A stretch of 64,000 nt of DNA from the NCBI GenBank assembly GCA_964446625.1, contig CAYUPH010000001.1, positions 70,283-134,282 on the forward strand, read 5' to 3'. Below are positions 8,896 through 18,142 of this stretch, in pieces. Every line of letters begins with the position of its first letter. Within the stretch, counting starts at the first letter, position 1. Below the pieces are notes generated by a model. The model was not told the DNA's origin and searched no databases. It saw nothing but the letters and a program-made list of their open reading frames with translations. This DNA comes from an uncultured Candidatus Saccharibacteria bacterium. GTDB lineage: Bacteria; Patescibacteriota; Minisyncoccia; Phycocordibacterales; CAIRYW01. The translations under genes and the position numbers were made by a program.

Positions 8896-9684
8896 GTGAA
8901 ACGAGATGTAAAACAGTTCAAAAAGGAAGTGTGGAACTTCTACAAAAAAGCAGGTCGCAGGCTACCTTGGCGTGAAACGAAGGATCCATACCATATTCTA
9001 GTATCTGAAATCATGCTCCAGCAGACAGGAGTAAATCGCGTACTGCCAAAATACGAAGAGTTTCTTCAATCTTTCCCTACTGTCAGAGCTCTTGCTAACG
9101 CACCACTTACAGAAGTACTAGGGATATGGATAGGACTTGGATACAACCGAAGAGCAAAGTTTCTTTGGCAAGCAGCAAAAGTGATCACTGAAACAGTGGG
9201 TGAAACATTCCCAAGAACAATGAACGAACTGGTGAAACTGCCAGGAGTTGGTACATCAACTGCAGGGGCACTTCTCAATTTTTCTTTTGAAACAGCGCAT
9301 CCATTTATTGAGACAAACATACGAACAGTCTATATTCATCACTTTTGGAAAAATGCAAAAACAAAAGTCAGTGACAAAGACATACTTGCACTCGTTGAAG
9401 AAACACTCGATCGGAAAAATCCTCGTGAGTGGTTTTATGCGCTTTATGATTACGGCACACATCTCAAAAAAACACTCCATAGAGACCCTGCTCAAAAAAG
9501 TCGGCATTACAAAAAGCAGTCTACCTTCAAAGGTTCCTTTCGCGAGAAAAGAGCATTCATTTTAAAACTACTTATAAAAGAAAAAGTGGGTCAGAAAAAT
9601 CTGAAAAAACTTTTTGCAGAAAAATTTAAAAGTGAAGATTTCAGTGAAGTACTCACCTCCCTCAAAAAAGATTCTTTAGTTTAA
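8896..9684 (+). CDS. mutY: A/G-specific adenine glycosylase-like HhH-GPD protein, no Fe-S cysteines
   Basis: LPWR, PYHILVSEIMLQQT, GLGYNRRA, LPGVG HhH; CX6CX2CX5C motif absent. Confidence 0.85.
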   Translation: MKRDVKQFKKEVWNFYKKAGRRLPWRETKDPYHILVSEIMLQQTGVNRVLPKYEEFLQSFPTVRALANAPLTEVLGIWIGLGYNRRAKFLWQAAKVITETVGETFPRTMNELVKLPGVGTSTAGALLNFSFETAHPFIETNIRTVYIHHFWKNAKTKVSDKDILALVEETLDRKNPREWFYALYDYGTHLKKTLHRDPAQKSRHYKKQSTFKGSFREKRAFILKLLIKEKVGQKNLKKLFAEKFKSEDFSEVLTSLKKDSLV

Positions 9685-9686
9685 AA

Positions 9687-10220
9687 TTATTTTTTCTTTT
9701 TTATAATTTTTTGATACTCACTTTCTGTCACCAAATCTTTTGGGTTTGTTCTATCAAGAAAAACAATTCCTTCTAGGTGATCAATTTCATGTTGAAAAAT
9801 TCGTGCCACAAAATCAACACACACAGCTTCACATTTCTCCCCTTTTCTGTTTGTATATGTAACAAGAATTTTTGTATATCGTGGGACTAGTCCTCGAATA
9901 CCTGGAATAGACAAACAACCCTCAAATTCTTTCTTCTGTTTTTTACCTAAGGGAATAAGTATTGGATTGATAACCACCTCTGGTTCCATCTTTGGAATTT
10001 TTTTGTATCTTTTGTTTGGCCTACTCCACACGATGCAAACGTGTTTTAAAACTCCGACTTGAGGCGCAGCTATGCCAACCCCATTTTTTTCTTTGCATGT
10101 TTGTATTAGTTCATCACAAAAGTTTTGAAACTTTTTTGATAGAATTTCTGCTCTTGAAACTTTCTTAGATTTTTGGCGGAGCACTTTGTTACCGAGCTCT
10201 ATAACCTTTAGCTTTTTCAT
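9687..10220 (-). CDS. def: Peptide deformylase
   Basis: GVGIAAPQVG, EGCLS, QHEIDHLEG. Confidence 0.96.
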   Translation of the reverse strand: MKKLKVIELGNKVLRQKSKKVSRAEILSKKFQNFCDELIQTCKEKNGVGIAAPQVGVLKHVCIVWSRPNKRYKKIPKMEPEVVINPILIPLGKKQKKEFEGCLSIPGIRGLVPRYTKILVTYTNRKGEKCEAVCVDFVARIFQHEIDHLEGIVFLDRTNPKDLVTESEYQKIIKKKK

Positions 10221-10404
10221 ATTGCTACACTACTCTTTTTTTACTTGGATTGCAAAATCGTTTTTTACAATTTATATTTGTACTATGCTCATTAAAATCC
10301 TTATTTGCTTGGGGGTTACAGTGGCACTGGTCTTTTTGCAAATCTGCTTAGCAATCATTTTTGCAAAAAAAATTATAAAAGCAGGTATTAGACATAGTCA
10401 GAGT

Positions 10405-11208
10405 TTACTCTGACTTTTTTTCTACACCATTCCACGAAAGTTCAAAAATCATTTTCATGAGTCCGTGAATCGTTTCATCTTCGATAATCACTCCTGTTAG
10501 TTTTTCTTTTCCAAGGTTTACAATGGAAACTTTTTTATCTCCATAAATAGTTACTTCAGCATTATAAGGAAAAGAACTTGCGGAGATGAATTTCATGATT
10601 GGAATAATTTCTTTCTTGTATCCTTCATATACTCTCTCCGTAAATGTCCTGTCACTTTCTTTATCTGGAATAATACCTCTTGTTGTTATTCCCTTTTGTT
10701 CTTTTGTCTTCCTATATTTTATAAAAAATTCTTGAGGCAGGATTGACTCTAAGCTTGAGGCATTAGCCCACGCAAGCATCTCGTATGGTTTTGACACATA
10801 TGTATGAGATTCGTAAATGTTTTTTATTCCCTCAATCCCTTCAAAATATGTAATCTTGGGTTTATCTGCAACACTAAAGAGGCCTTCAATATCAGGCAAT
10901 ATCCTTTGTGCAGATTCGATTTCATCTTGAATAAGCGACATCTTATCTTTTACATTGCGAACAAGTCTTGTTGGACTTTCAATCTGATAGAACTGCTTAT
11001 TTCTTTTTTCAATTTCATTGACCAGTCCCTTAACAGACATCTGCAGCAGTATCATATATACAGTACTTCGGTTTAATCCTGTATATTCCGCTACTTTAGA
11101 CGGATAAGCTCCCCCAAGCTCAAGTAGTGCCATATAGACTAATGACTCTTTGTCAGAAAGTCCTGATTTTTCGAGCTTTTTTAGCAGATTTTCATGTTGA
11201 ATCTTCAT
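10405..11208 (-). CDS. TrmB-family transcriptional regulator (paralog 1)
   Basis: GLSDKESLVYMALL...LNRSTVY...KGLV winged HTH, PKITYFEG linker, C-terminal effector domain. Confidence 0.85.
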   Translation of the reverse strand: MKIQHENLLKKLEKSGLSDKESLVYMALLELGGAYPSKVAEYTGLNRSTVYMILLQMSVKGLVNEIEKRNKQFYQIESPTRLVRNVKDKMSLIQDEIESAQRILPDIEGLFSVADKPKITYFEGIEGIKNIYESHTYVSKPYEMLAWANASSLESILPQEFFIKYRKTKEQKGITTRGIIPDKESDRTFTERVYEGYKKEIIPIMKFISASSFPYNAEVTIYGDKKVSIVNLGKEKLTGVIIEDETIHGLMKMIFELSWNGVEKKSE

Positions 11209-11355
11209 TGAAGTAAGTATATTACCCTCCTTCCTTTTGTCAATTTTTACTGACAAAATTATATATATAGGTAATAGTCCCTATTTTATAAGGTATATTT
11301 CATTTCAGTAGATATTAGTTAATCACATATATTGACAATACTGTATGATTACTGT

Positions 11356-11769
11356 ATGAAAATCAGTTCCTTACAAGAGTTAGTTGACTGGCTTCTATCA
11401 CTCGACCCAAATGGTCAGATTTGCTGGCCGTGCATGCTTCCCCACTATCAATATTATCTTGCGGAAAATGATAGTCCCGAAGCTTTAGCGGTCCAAAAGA
11501 TCCAAGCACTATCAGACCCAAAAGATGTAGAAGAACCAATGAAAACATTCCTACGGCTTTTAAATCAATTTATCTTGGTTGACCTTTCGATTGATAAAAA
11601 TAGGTTTAAAAAGGGTTCTCCACTTACTTTAAAAAGAGATGGCTTGGACTTTTCTTGGAAAGCATTTACCCACTGGATTATTGCTCAATTAGAGACCGTT
11701 ACTAATTCAGAGGTGGTGCTGGAAGAAAATTGGAGAAGCGCTGTTGATAGAAGCAAAATTCCATTCTGA
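11356..11769 (+). CDS. Orphan hypothetical protein, divergent from TrmB paralog 1
   Basis: Open frame of about 137 aa; start uncertain because it overlaps a TTGACA-N17-TATGAA promoter-like site. Confidence 0.5.
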   Translation: MKISSLQELVDWLLSLDPNGQICWPCMLPHYQYYLAENDSPEALAVQKIQALSDPKDVEEPMKTFLRLLNQFILVDLSIDKNRFKKGSPLTLKRDGLDFSWKAFTHWIIAQLETVTNSEVVLEENWRSAVDRSKIPF

Positions 11770-11843
11770 AGTCAGATCTTATGAGTGCTACAGAGTGAAA
11801 AGCCGAAAACAGCTCGTTCATACACCAAAAGAGGAAAACCTAT

Positions 11844-12041
11844 ATGAAAATGACAATAATTGTTACTGAAACAGCAGGTGGCAAGACAACTGAGGATATA
11901 ACAGAGATAACACACATGGGAGCCATCGCCCTTATTTGCTGCGCTATGCTAAAAGTTATGAGATTGATGGACTGTGGGGAAGCGGGTATCACCTACTCAA
12001 AAAGGGAAGTACCCAGACCGGAAGAAGATAAAATCAGCTAA
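11844..12041 (+). CDS. Small orphan hypothetical protein
   Basis: GAGG upstream, 65 aa, strong terminator directly after. Confidence 0.5.
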   Translation: MKMTIIVTETAGGKTTEDITEITHMGAIALICCAMLKVMRLMDCGEAGITYSKREVPRPEEDKIS

Positions 12042-12059
12042 GCTCCTCAAAGTTAACCC

Positions 12060-12092
12060 TGCCGGTTTCGCTTCGCGAAACCGGCATTTTTT
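12060..12092 (+). terminator. Intrinsic terminator
   Basis: TGCCGGTTTCGC-TTC-GCGAAACCGGCA-TTTTTT. Confidence 0.85.
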
Positions 12093-12179
12093 ATTTCCTA
12101 GAAAAAACCCTATATATATGGTATTGTAGGGGCGTCGAATCATTCTTAATTCACCAATCTTAATTCTTAAATCCTTCCT

Positions 12180-12758
12180 ATGTCATATTTAATCCCAACA
12201 GTTATTGAAAAAACCACCTTTGGAGAGCGAGCCTACGATATTTACTCAAGGCTCCTCAAGGAAAACATCATTTTCCTTGGAGGCCCTATCGATGACGGAG
12301 TAGCAAACACTATCATCGCTCAACTTCTCTTTCTTCAGGCAGAAGACCCTAAAAAAGACATTACTCTCTATGTAAACTCACCCGGAGGTCATGTAACAGC
12401 AGGACTCGCAATTATCGACACTATGAACAACATTAAAAATGATGTTTCTACTGTATGTGTCGGTATTGCGGCGTCTATGGGAGCAGTAATCCTCTCTGCC
12501 GGTAAAAAAGGCAAGAGATTTGCCCTTCCAAACAGCGAAGTTATGATCCACCAGCCACTCGGAGGTGTAGAAGGTCAGGCAGCCGATATTGAGATTTCTG
12601 CCAAGCACATCCTCAAAATGCGCGATGTTCTAAACAAAATGCTTGCCAAAAACACGGGCCAAACCCTTTCTAAGATAGAAAAAGACGTAGACCGAGACTT
12701 CTTCATGTCAGCAGAAGAGTCGAAAAAGTACGGTCTTGTTGACAAAGTCCTTAACTAA
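12180..12758 (+). CDS. clpP: ATP-dependent Clp protease proteolytic subunit
   Basis: [21 protein letters not shown] (catalytic Ser), MIHQP (catalytic His). Confidence 0.97.
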   Translation: MSYLIPTVIEKTTFGERAYDIYSRLLKENIIFLGGPIDDGVANTIIAQLLFLQAEDPKKDITLYVNSPGGHVTAGLAIIDTMNNIKNDVSTVCVGIAASMGAVILSAGKKGKRFALPNSEVMIHQPLGGVEGQAADIEISAKHILKMRDVLNKMLAKNTGQTLSKIEKDVDRDFFMSAEESKKYGLVDKVLN

Positions 12759-13011
12759 AAAGAAAGCAAGAAAAAACCTCGGGAAACTGAGGTTTTTTCA
12801 TTGGTCTTTGCCCGCCTCGCTTTAAGCTTAATAATTGGACTTTAGCCGTATTTTACTGTATAGTGATTGCATTAACATTTAATTCAAAATCCCTTTTTCT
12901 GGACTTTAACGCCCTTCCGCGAAGACAATCTCTCGACCATCTATGACAAAATCTTCACAAAAAAATATTCAAAGAGCGCCAAATCAAGCAAAAGCGGATT
13001 AGTATTCGCAT

Positions 13012-14541
13012 ATGTCATTAAAAATAGTATTCATGCTTCTAGCGGCTGCTGGAGTTGTTGGTGCTGCTCTCGGATACTTCATTCGATACCTTGTTGCTCT
13101 CAGCAAAAAAGGTTCGATTGAGCAGAATCTAAAGCAAGCAATGCTCGATGCTCAGGAAGAAGCAAAGAAAATCACTCTGAGCGCTGAACACGAAGCAGCA
13201 GAAATTCTCAAAACAGCGCGCGAAGATATTCGTGAAAAAGAAGAGAAGATCAAAAAGACTGAAGACAGATTGGTTGCAAAAGAAGAGCTTCTCGACAAGA
13301 GACAGACTGATATCGACAAAGAGGTTGATTCTCTCAAACTAAAAATTGAGGAAATCAAACAGAAAAAAGAAAAAGTGGACGGCATGGAAGCGACCAAAAT
13401 CGCTGAGCTTCAGAAAATTGCAAAACTTTCAGAAGAAGAAGCGCGACAAAAGCTTCTCCTTGATATCGAAAGAAAATACGAAGAGGATCTTGTTGTTCGG
13501 ATGAAAAAGATGGACACAACAAACCTTGAGAAACTCGAAACAAGAGCAAAAGAAATCCTCACGACTTCAATCCAAAGATTTGCTAACTCTGTGAGCGCAG
13601 ATGTTTTCACTACATCAATCACAATTCCTAGTGACGAACTGAAAGGAAAGATTATTGGAAAAGAAGGCCGAAATATAAAGGCTTTTGAAAGAGAGACAGG
13701 GGTTGAGATTATTGTCGACGACACACCAGGAACCATTACAATCTCATGCCACGATCCAATCCGAAGACAAGTTGCACGACTTGCGCTCGAAAACCTTATC
13801 CTCGATGGACGAATCCAACCAGCAAAGATTGAAAAGGAAGTAGAAAAGGCAAAAACAGAAATCAACAAAATCATCAAAGAAAAAGGAGAGCAAGCAACAT
13901 ACGAAACAGGTGTGTTCAATCTTGATCCTCGAGTTGTTGCAATTCTTGGACGACTCTACTTTAGAACAAGCTACGGACAAAATGTTCTTCAACACTCTGT
14001 TGAAATGGCTCATGTAGCAGGAATGATCGCTCAAGAAATTGGTGCAAACGTTCAAGTATCCAAAGCTGGTGCACTCCTCCATGATATTGGAAAAGCACTC
14101 GACCACGAAGTACAAGGAACACACGTCGAAATCGGACGAAGAATTCTGCAGAAGTTCGGAGTAAGCGAAGAAGTCGTAAAAGCAATGCAAGCTCACCACG
14201 AAGAATATCCTTACGAAACTCTAGAGTCACGAATTGTGCAGTCTGCCGATGCGATTTCAGGAAGTCGTCCTGGAGCTCGCCGAGATAGTGTCGAAAACTA
14301 TTTGAAGCGACTAGGAGACCTTGAAGCAATTGCAAACGGATTCAAAGGAATCGACAAGAGCTATGCGCTCCAGGCAGGACGAGAAATCCGTGTATTTGTA
14401 ACCCCCTCAGAAATTTCTGATCTTGAAGCAGCAAATATTGCTAGAGAGATTGCTCTAAAGATAGAAGCTGAACTAAAGTATCCTGGAGAAATCAAAGTCA
14501 CAGTGATACGAGAAAACAGAATCGTAGAATACGCAAGATAA
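13012..14541 (+). CDS. rny: Ribonuclease Y
   Basis: N-terminal TM, coiled coil, KH (KGKIIGKEGRNI), HD domain (LLHDIGK), SRPGAR. Confidence 0.97.
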   Translation: MSLKIVFMLLAAAGVVGAALGYFIRYLVALSKKGSIEQNLKQAMLDAQEEAKKITLSAEHEAAEILKTAREDIREKEEKIKKTEDRLVAKEELLDKRQTDIDKEVDSLKLKIEEIKQKKEKVDGMEATKIAELQKIAKLSEEEARQKLLLDIERKYEEDLVVRMKKMDTTNLEKLETRAKEILTTSIQRFANSVSADVFTTSITIPSDELKGKIIGKEGRNIKAFERETGVEIIVDDTPGTITISCHDPIRRQVARLALENLILDGRIQPAKIEKEVEKAKTEINKIIKEKGEQATYETGVFNLDPRVVAILGRLYFRTSYGQNVLQHSVEMAHVAGMIAQEIGANVQVSKAGALLHDIGKALDHEVQGTHVEIGRRILQKFGVSEEVVKAMQAHHEEYPYETLESRIVQSADAISGSRPGARRDSVENYLKRLGDLEAIANGFKGIDKSYALQAGREIRVFVTPSEISDLEAANIAREIALKIEAELKYPGEIKVTVIRENRIVEYAR

Positions 14542-14652
14542 AGACACAAAATACCCGCCGAAAAGGCGGGTATTGCGTTACAGACACGAAAATATATAAT
14601 TGAAATGAAAGAGACTTTTGGTCGGATTTACAAGTTTTAAACACAAACCAAC

Positions 14653-14925
14653 ATGAATAAGCAAGGAATTGTAGAAGTGGTTCATGGGATTCTCGGAAAC
14701 ACAAAGGTGCAAGCCGAGGGCGTTGTGGATGCCATCCTTGATTCTATCGTTAAAACCCTTAAAAAAGGTGACGAAGTATCAATCGCTGGACTTGGAATTT
14801 TCTCTGTAAAGGCTCGAGCAGCTCGAACAGCACGAAACCCAAGAACTGGTGAAATGGTAAAGGTAGCTGCAACTAAAGTACCTAAATTTAGAGCAGCAAA
14901 AGCGCTAAAGGACGCCGTAAAATAG
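14653..14925 (+). CDS. hup: DNA-binding protein HU
   Basis: MNKQ..., GLGIFSV, RTARNPRTGE, PKFRA. Confidence 0.95.
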   Translation: MNKQGIVEVVHGILGNTKVQAEGVVDAILDSIVKTLKKGDEVSIAGLGIFSVKARAARTARNPRTGEMVKVAATKVPKFRAAKALKDAVK

Positions 14926-14931
14926 TTTTAA

Positions 14932-14970
14932 AAAACAAAAAGCCGGGGCTTTGCCCCGGCTTTTTGTTTT
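14932..14970. terminator. Bidirectional terminator after hup
   Basis: AAAACAAAAAGCCGGGGC-TTT-GCCCCGGCTTTTTGTTTT. Confidence 0.85.
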
Positions 14971-14977
14971 CCTTCTA

Positions 14978-15136
14978 TTAAGCAGTTCTTTCTTCTCTCT
15001 GGAGAACACTGTCGAGTACACTCCGTAAAGCATCCCTTTGCTCAGCACTTAAATCAAAAGCTCCCATTCCGATAGACGAGTCTTCATCTACTGTTTCCGG
15101 CTCAACATTCAGGTTTTTATTTTCACAAAATTCCAT
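14978..15136 (-). CDS. Possible small acidic protein
   Basis: 52-aa frame (MEFCENK...) ending at the bidirectional terminator; no motif recognised. Confidence 0.3.
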   Translation of the reverse strand: MEFCENKNLNVEPETVDEDSSIGMGAFDLSAEQRDALRSVLDSVLQREERTA

Positions 15137-15181
15137 AAGAACCAATATTTTATCATAAACAAAAAATCCGCTCAATCAGGC

Positions 15182-15457
15182 TTCGATTCTCTTACGCAAG
15201 TGGTTTACACTTGCTTACCCCACAAACAAAAAGGGGTCTCTGGCCCTTTTTGTGTTTGTGGGAGGTAGAGTAATCGGTCACAAGTTACTAAGTCTCTTCG
15301 GGTGAGTACACCCTGCGGGGACTAAGTACTTGCGACCCCGACTCGGCTGCAGTTTTTTGTTACACAAAAAACTGGCTTCGCGCCTCCGTCTTTCGATTCT
15401 CTCTACCTCGCTACAAAATTTAGTCGTAAAATGTTCTACATTTTACTTGTAATTTTG
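15182..15457. repeat. tRNA-Gly(TCC)-linked structured repeat element
   Basis: Degenerate direct copy of the tRNA 3' end (15255-15276), inverted copies (15392-15420 and partial from 15182), internal hairpins, 20-nt core shared with the 23.7-kb element. Confidence 0.75.
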
Positions 15458-15528
15458 TGCGGGTAGAGAGAATCGAACTCTCGTCTTCTGCTTGGAAGGC
15501 AGACATTCTACCACTAAACCATACCCGC
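15458..15528 (-). tRNA. tRNA-Gly(TCC)
   Basis: GCGGGTA...TACCCGC-A acceptor stem, anticodon loop CTTCCAA, T-loop GTTCGATTC; CCA not encoded. Confidence 0.95.
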
Positions 15529-15592
15529 TTTTATGTGAGACATCCTAGCATCTTTTTTACGCTGAGGCAAATTTCTTTGATATAATTTCACT

Positions 15593-16684
15593 ATGGAACT
15601 ACTAAAGTCAGGAATTTCGGGAACACTCATTTTTGTTCTCTCTTTTCTTGGCTGGAATGTAGAGGAAACAAAAACTCCTCTCCCCGAAACTCCCCCTGGA
15701 AAACAAAAAACTGAAAAGATTATCGAAACACCTGTCTTGCCAAAAAAACAGATTCCACCTCAGCCAAAGACTCCAGAGAAACCGTGGGTAGTACCAACAA
15801 AAACACTTCAAACAGAAACCCAAACTCCAGAACCCTTTACTAGAGCAGAAGAGGTAAATAAAGAAACAAACAGTAATTCAAAAAAGTATGACAAAGAAGC
15901 AGTTGCAAATATTCTTTGCGGAGAAAGAATTGGAAGCCAAATCAAATACCACACAGGGAGCGCTGTTGCAATTTCAAATGAAGGAGTTCTGATTACAAAT
16001 GCACACGTAGCCGAGTATGTACTCCTCTCAGAATTTGGAGGTAGCGACTTCTTTTGTGAAGTGAGAGCCGGGTCCCCCGCTTCTCCTGCTTACAAGGCAA
16101 AAATGCTTTTTATGCCGTCTCTTTGGATAAATGCAAACAAAAATAATTTAAAATATGATTCGCTTTCAGGAACTGGTGAAAATGATTACGCTCTCATCTA
16201 CCTTTCAGAAAAAACAAAAAACTCTACTTCTTCTCTTCTTCCTACAGAAATTAACTTATCTGGAATAACTAAAAATCAAAATATCTTTATCTCTGCCTAC
16301 CCTGCTGGTTTTTCAAGTACAAATATTCTTCTGTCTTCTCTAAGCAAAGCAAATACAAATTCAAAAATAAAAAGCATATGGCCACTTGGTAGCGCAAGAA
16401 GTGCAGTTTTTGATACCGAGCCAACACTCCTTGCAGCGGGAGGTGCGTCAGGAGGAGGAATTTTTGCTGGCTCTCAGCTTATTGGAATCATTGGTGCGGT
16501 TGTTATAGATAAAGAAACAACAAAACCTGCTATACGAGGAATTTCTCTTGAGTATATTTCTAATCAAATTAAAAGCGAAAGCGACAAAGAACTTTCTGAA
16601 TTTCTAAAAAATCCAGAAAGCACTGCGGGTAAATTTAAGTCTGATTTTGAGAAGTATACAAAAACCCTTCTTACAAACCGATAG
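15593..16684 (+). CDS. Membrane-anchored trypsin-like (S1) serine protease
   Basis: Triad motifs ITNAHV, NDYALI, GASGG; Pro/Thr-rich stalk after the N-terminal hydrophobic segment. Confidence 0.8.
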   Translation: MELLKSGISGTLIFVLSFLGWNVEETKTPLPETPPGKQKTEKIIETPVLPKKQIPPQPKTPEKPWVVPTKTLQTETQTPEPFTRAEEVNKETNSNSKKYDKEAVANILCGERIGSQIKYHTGSAVAISNEGVLITNAHVAEYVLLSEFGGSDFFCEVRAGSPASPAYKAKMLFMPSLWINANKNNLKYDSLSGTGENDYALIYLSEKTKNSTSSLLPTEINLSGITKNQNIFISAYPAGFSSTNILLSSLSKANTNSKIKSIWPLGSARSAVFDTEPTLLAAGGASGGGIFAGSQLIGIIGAVVIDKETTKPAIRGISLEYISNQIKSESDKELSEFLKNPESTAGKFKSDFEKYTKTLLTNR

Positions 16685-16982
16685 ATTTTTTTGCAAATTC
16701 ATTTGCAATTTTTATGGCCGTCTCAAAATTGTCTTCAGAAACTAAAGTGTTCCGCCTTATGTGTCCGCACTTCTCGCACTTTTGAACCACAAAAAAATCC
16801 TGCCTGTCTTTTTGAACCTCTATAGGAATCATCATTCCCCCGCAATCTTCTGCTCTGTCCCCAGGATCTACATCGACATGTTTTGAATACAAACAATTCG
16901 GACAATGGTTAGTAAAACCGTTGCCTTTTACCTTTTCTCCGCAATGTTCGCACACAAAATCTTCGACAGTTTTTTTGAACAT
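16671..16982 (-). CDS. RNHCP-domain zinc-binding protein
   Basis: FVCEHCG...TNHCPNCLYSKHVD..PGDR...CGGMM...CEKCG; start at MFKKTVEDF. Confidence 0.85.
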   Translation of the reverse strand: MFKKTVEDFVCEHCGEKVKGNGFTNHCPNCLYSKHVDVDPGDRAEDCGGMMIPIEVQKDRQDFFVVQKCEKCGHIRRNTLVSEDNFETAIKIANEFAKKSIGL

Positions 16983-17016
16983 GTAATAAAATATATCATA
17001 AGTAATAAAATCAAAA

Positions 17017-17052
17017 ATGGGTCGCGCCGGTCCGAAGACCTGCGCGACCCAT
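17017..17052 (-). terminator. Terminator hairpin of the GC-rich orphan
   Basis: ATGGGTCGCGC...GCGCGACCCAT, followed by a T-run on the minus strand. Confidence 0.75.
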
Positions 17053-17056
17053 CGAG

Positions 17057-18142
17057 TCACACTTTCCTAATTGCGCTGCAGGGAAACCTATCGCCCTCCC
17101 TACTCACCTGGAGAGCAATCACTTCCCCCGGATCGAAGTTGGGCAACAACCCGAGATTAAGCAGCTTTTTACCGCTCTCATCCTGCGCTTGCTGGTGATG
17201 AATGAGGGTAACTTCCCCTCTAAATTCCCCGTCTTCAATGACAGCCATGCCGGCTCCACCCAGCCACGGAAAATTGTAGAAGATAACCCTCGCCTTCACG
17301 AAGCCAGCATTGCGGAGTTCCTCCGAAACCGGGTCGAAGACCCCAAAACGATCTGTCCCCCCTGTTAGGAGTCGGCCCCAGTCAGCCCGGATAGCTTTCG
17401 AGAAGGGAATTGTGGCGTTATTTGCCACCGCCCACTTCAGGACCGCATCACCGAAGTTCTTCACATAATCCACTGTCGGAAATGCGTTTTCGTCCCGGGT
17501 TGGAACCGCAAAGACTGCATGATGTCCGCTCTGGTAATACTGCCTTCTTGCAGTGCGACAAATGGCAGGGTTCGTTCTTGTCACTTGTCCCCAGTATGTT
17601 TCCTGGAGGGTAACAAAAACCTTTCCTGCACAACCGAGGACGGACACCTCGATGTGAACAAATCTACCGTCAGTGCGAATCAGCACAAACGCAAGGTCTT
17701 TTTGGACCCCGCTTTTGTGTGCCTGGGGAATTTGGATCCCCCTAACGTCTTCCGCCCACTGGAGAGGGACACCGTAGTCCCCGAGCCGCAAAGGGTCGAC
17801 CTCAAGCAATCGAGATTGACCTGACTTGAATGCCCCCCGAAGTAGTGAAACCCCGAGCTTGGGGTTTGCCTGAAATCTGAGGTTTATCCCCCTAACGTTG
17901 GGAACAGCAGACACCTCCGACCACATGGATGTGGCAGAAAATGAACAATCTGTAAGCGAAGCGTTCTGGTCGGGTGAGCGGTTGTCCACCGCGACCTCGA
18001 ATTCTCCAAAGTCAGGGTGCACCCACTTCATCACCTGGTGAGTGGTGGAGAGGGGCACCCAGTTCGTAGAAGTCTCGCAAGGGACAGGAGGTTCACCTGC
18101 ATCAAGTCCTGCTTTGACAAGCAGGTCGTAAAGGTTGGTCAT
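17057..18142 (-). CDS. GC-rich orphan hypothetical protein (about 361 aa)
   Basis: Long open frame, visibly more GC-rich than flanks; probable start MTNLYDLL; no motif recognised. Confidence 0.7.
   Translation of the reverse strand: MTNLYDLLVKAGLDAGEPPVPCETSTNWVPLSTTHQVMKWVHPDFGEFEVAVDNRSPDQNASLTDCSFSATSMWSEVSAVPNVRGINLRFQANPKLGVSLLRGAFKSGQSRLLEVDPLRLGDYGVPLQWAEDVRGIQIPQAHKSGVQKDLAFVLIRTDGRFVHIEVSVLGCAGKVFVTLQETYWGQVTRTNPAICRTARRQYYQSGHHAVFAVPTRDENAFPTVDYVKNFGDAVLKWAVANNATIPFSKAIRADWGRLLTGGTDRFGVFDPVSEELRNAGFVKARVIFYNFPWLGGAGMAVIEDGEFRGEVTLIHHQQAQDESGKKLLNLGLLPNFDPGEVIALQVSREGDRFPCSAIRKV

Noticed and set aside
12888-13000. SRP (4.5S) RNA call based on length and rod shape
   Set aside because: The conserved SRP domain IV motif (CAGG..GNRA..AGCA) is not present on either strand.
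15182-15457. tRNA fragments as extra or intron-split tRNA genes
   Set aside because: Only 3'-end fragments in alternating orientation, with no D or anticodon arms; the adjacent tRNAs are intact.
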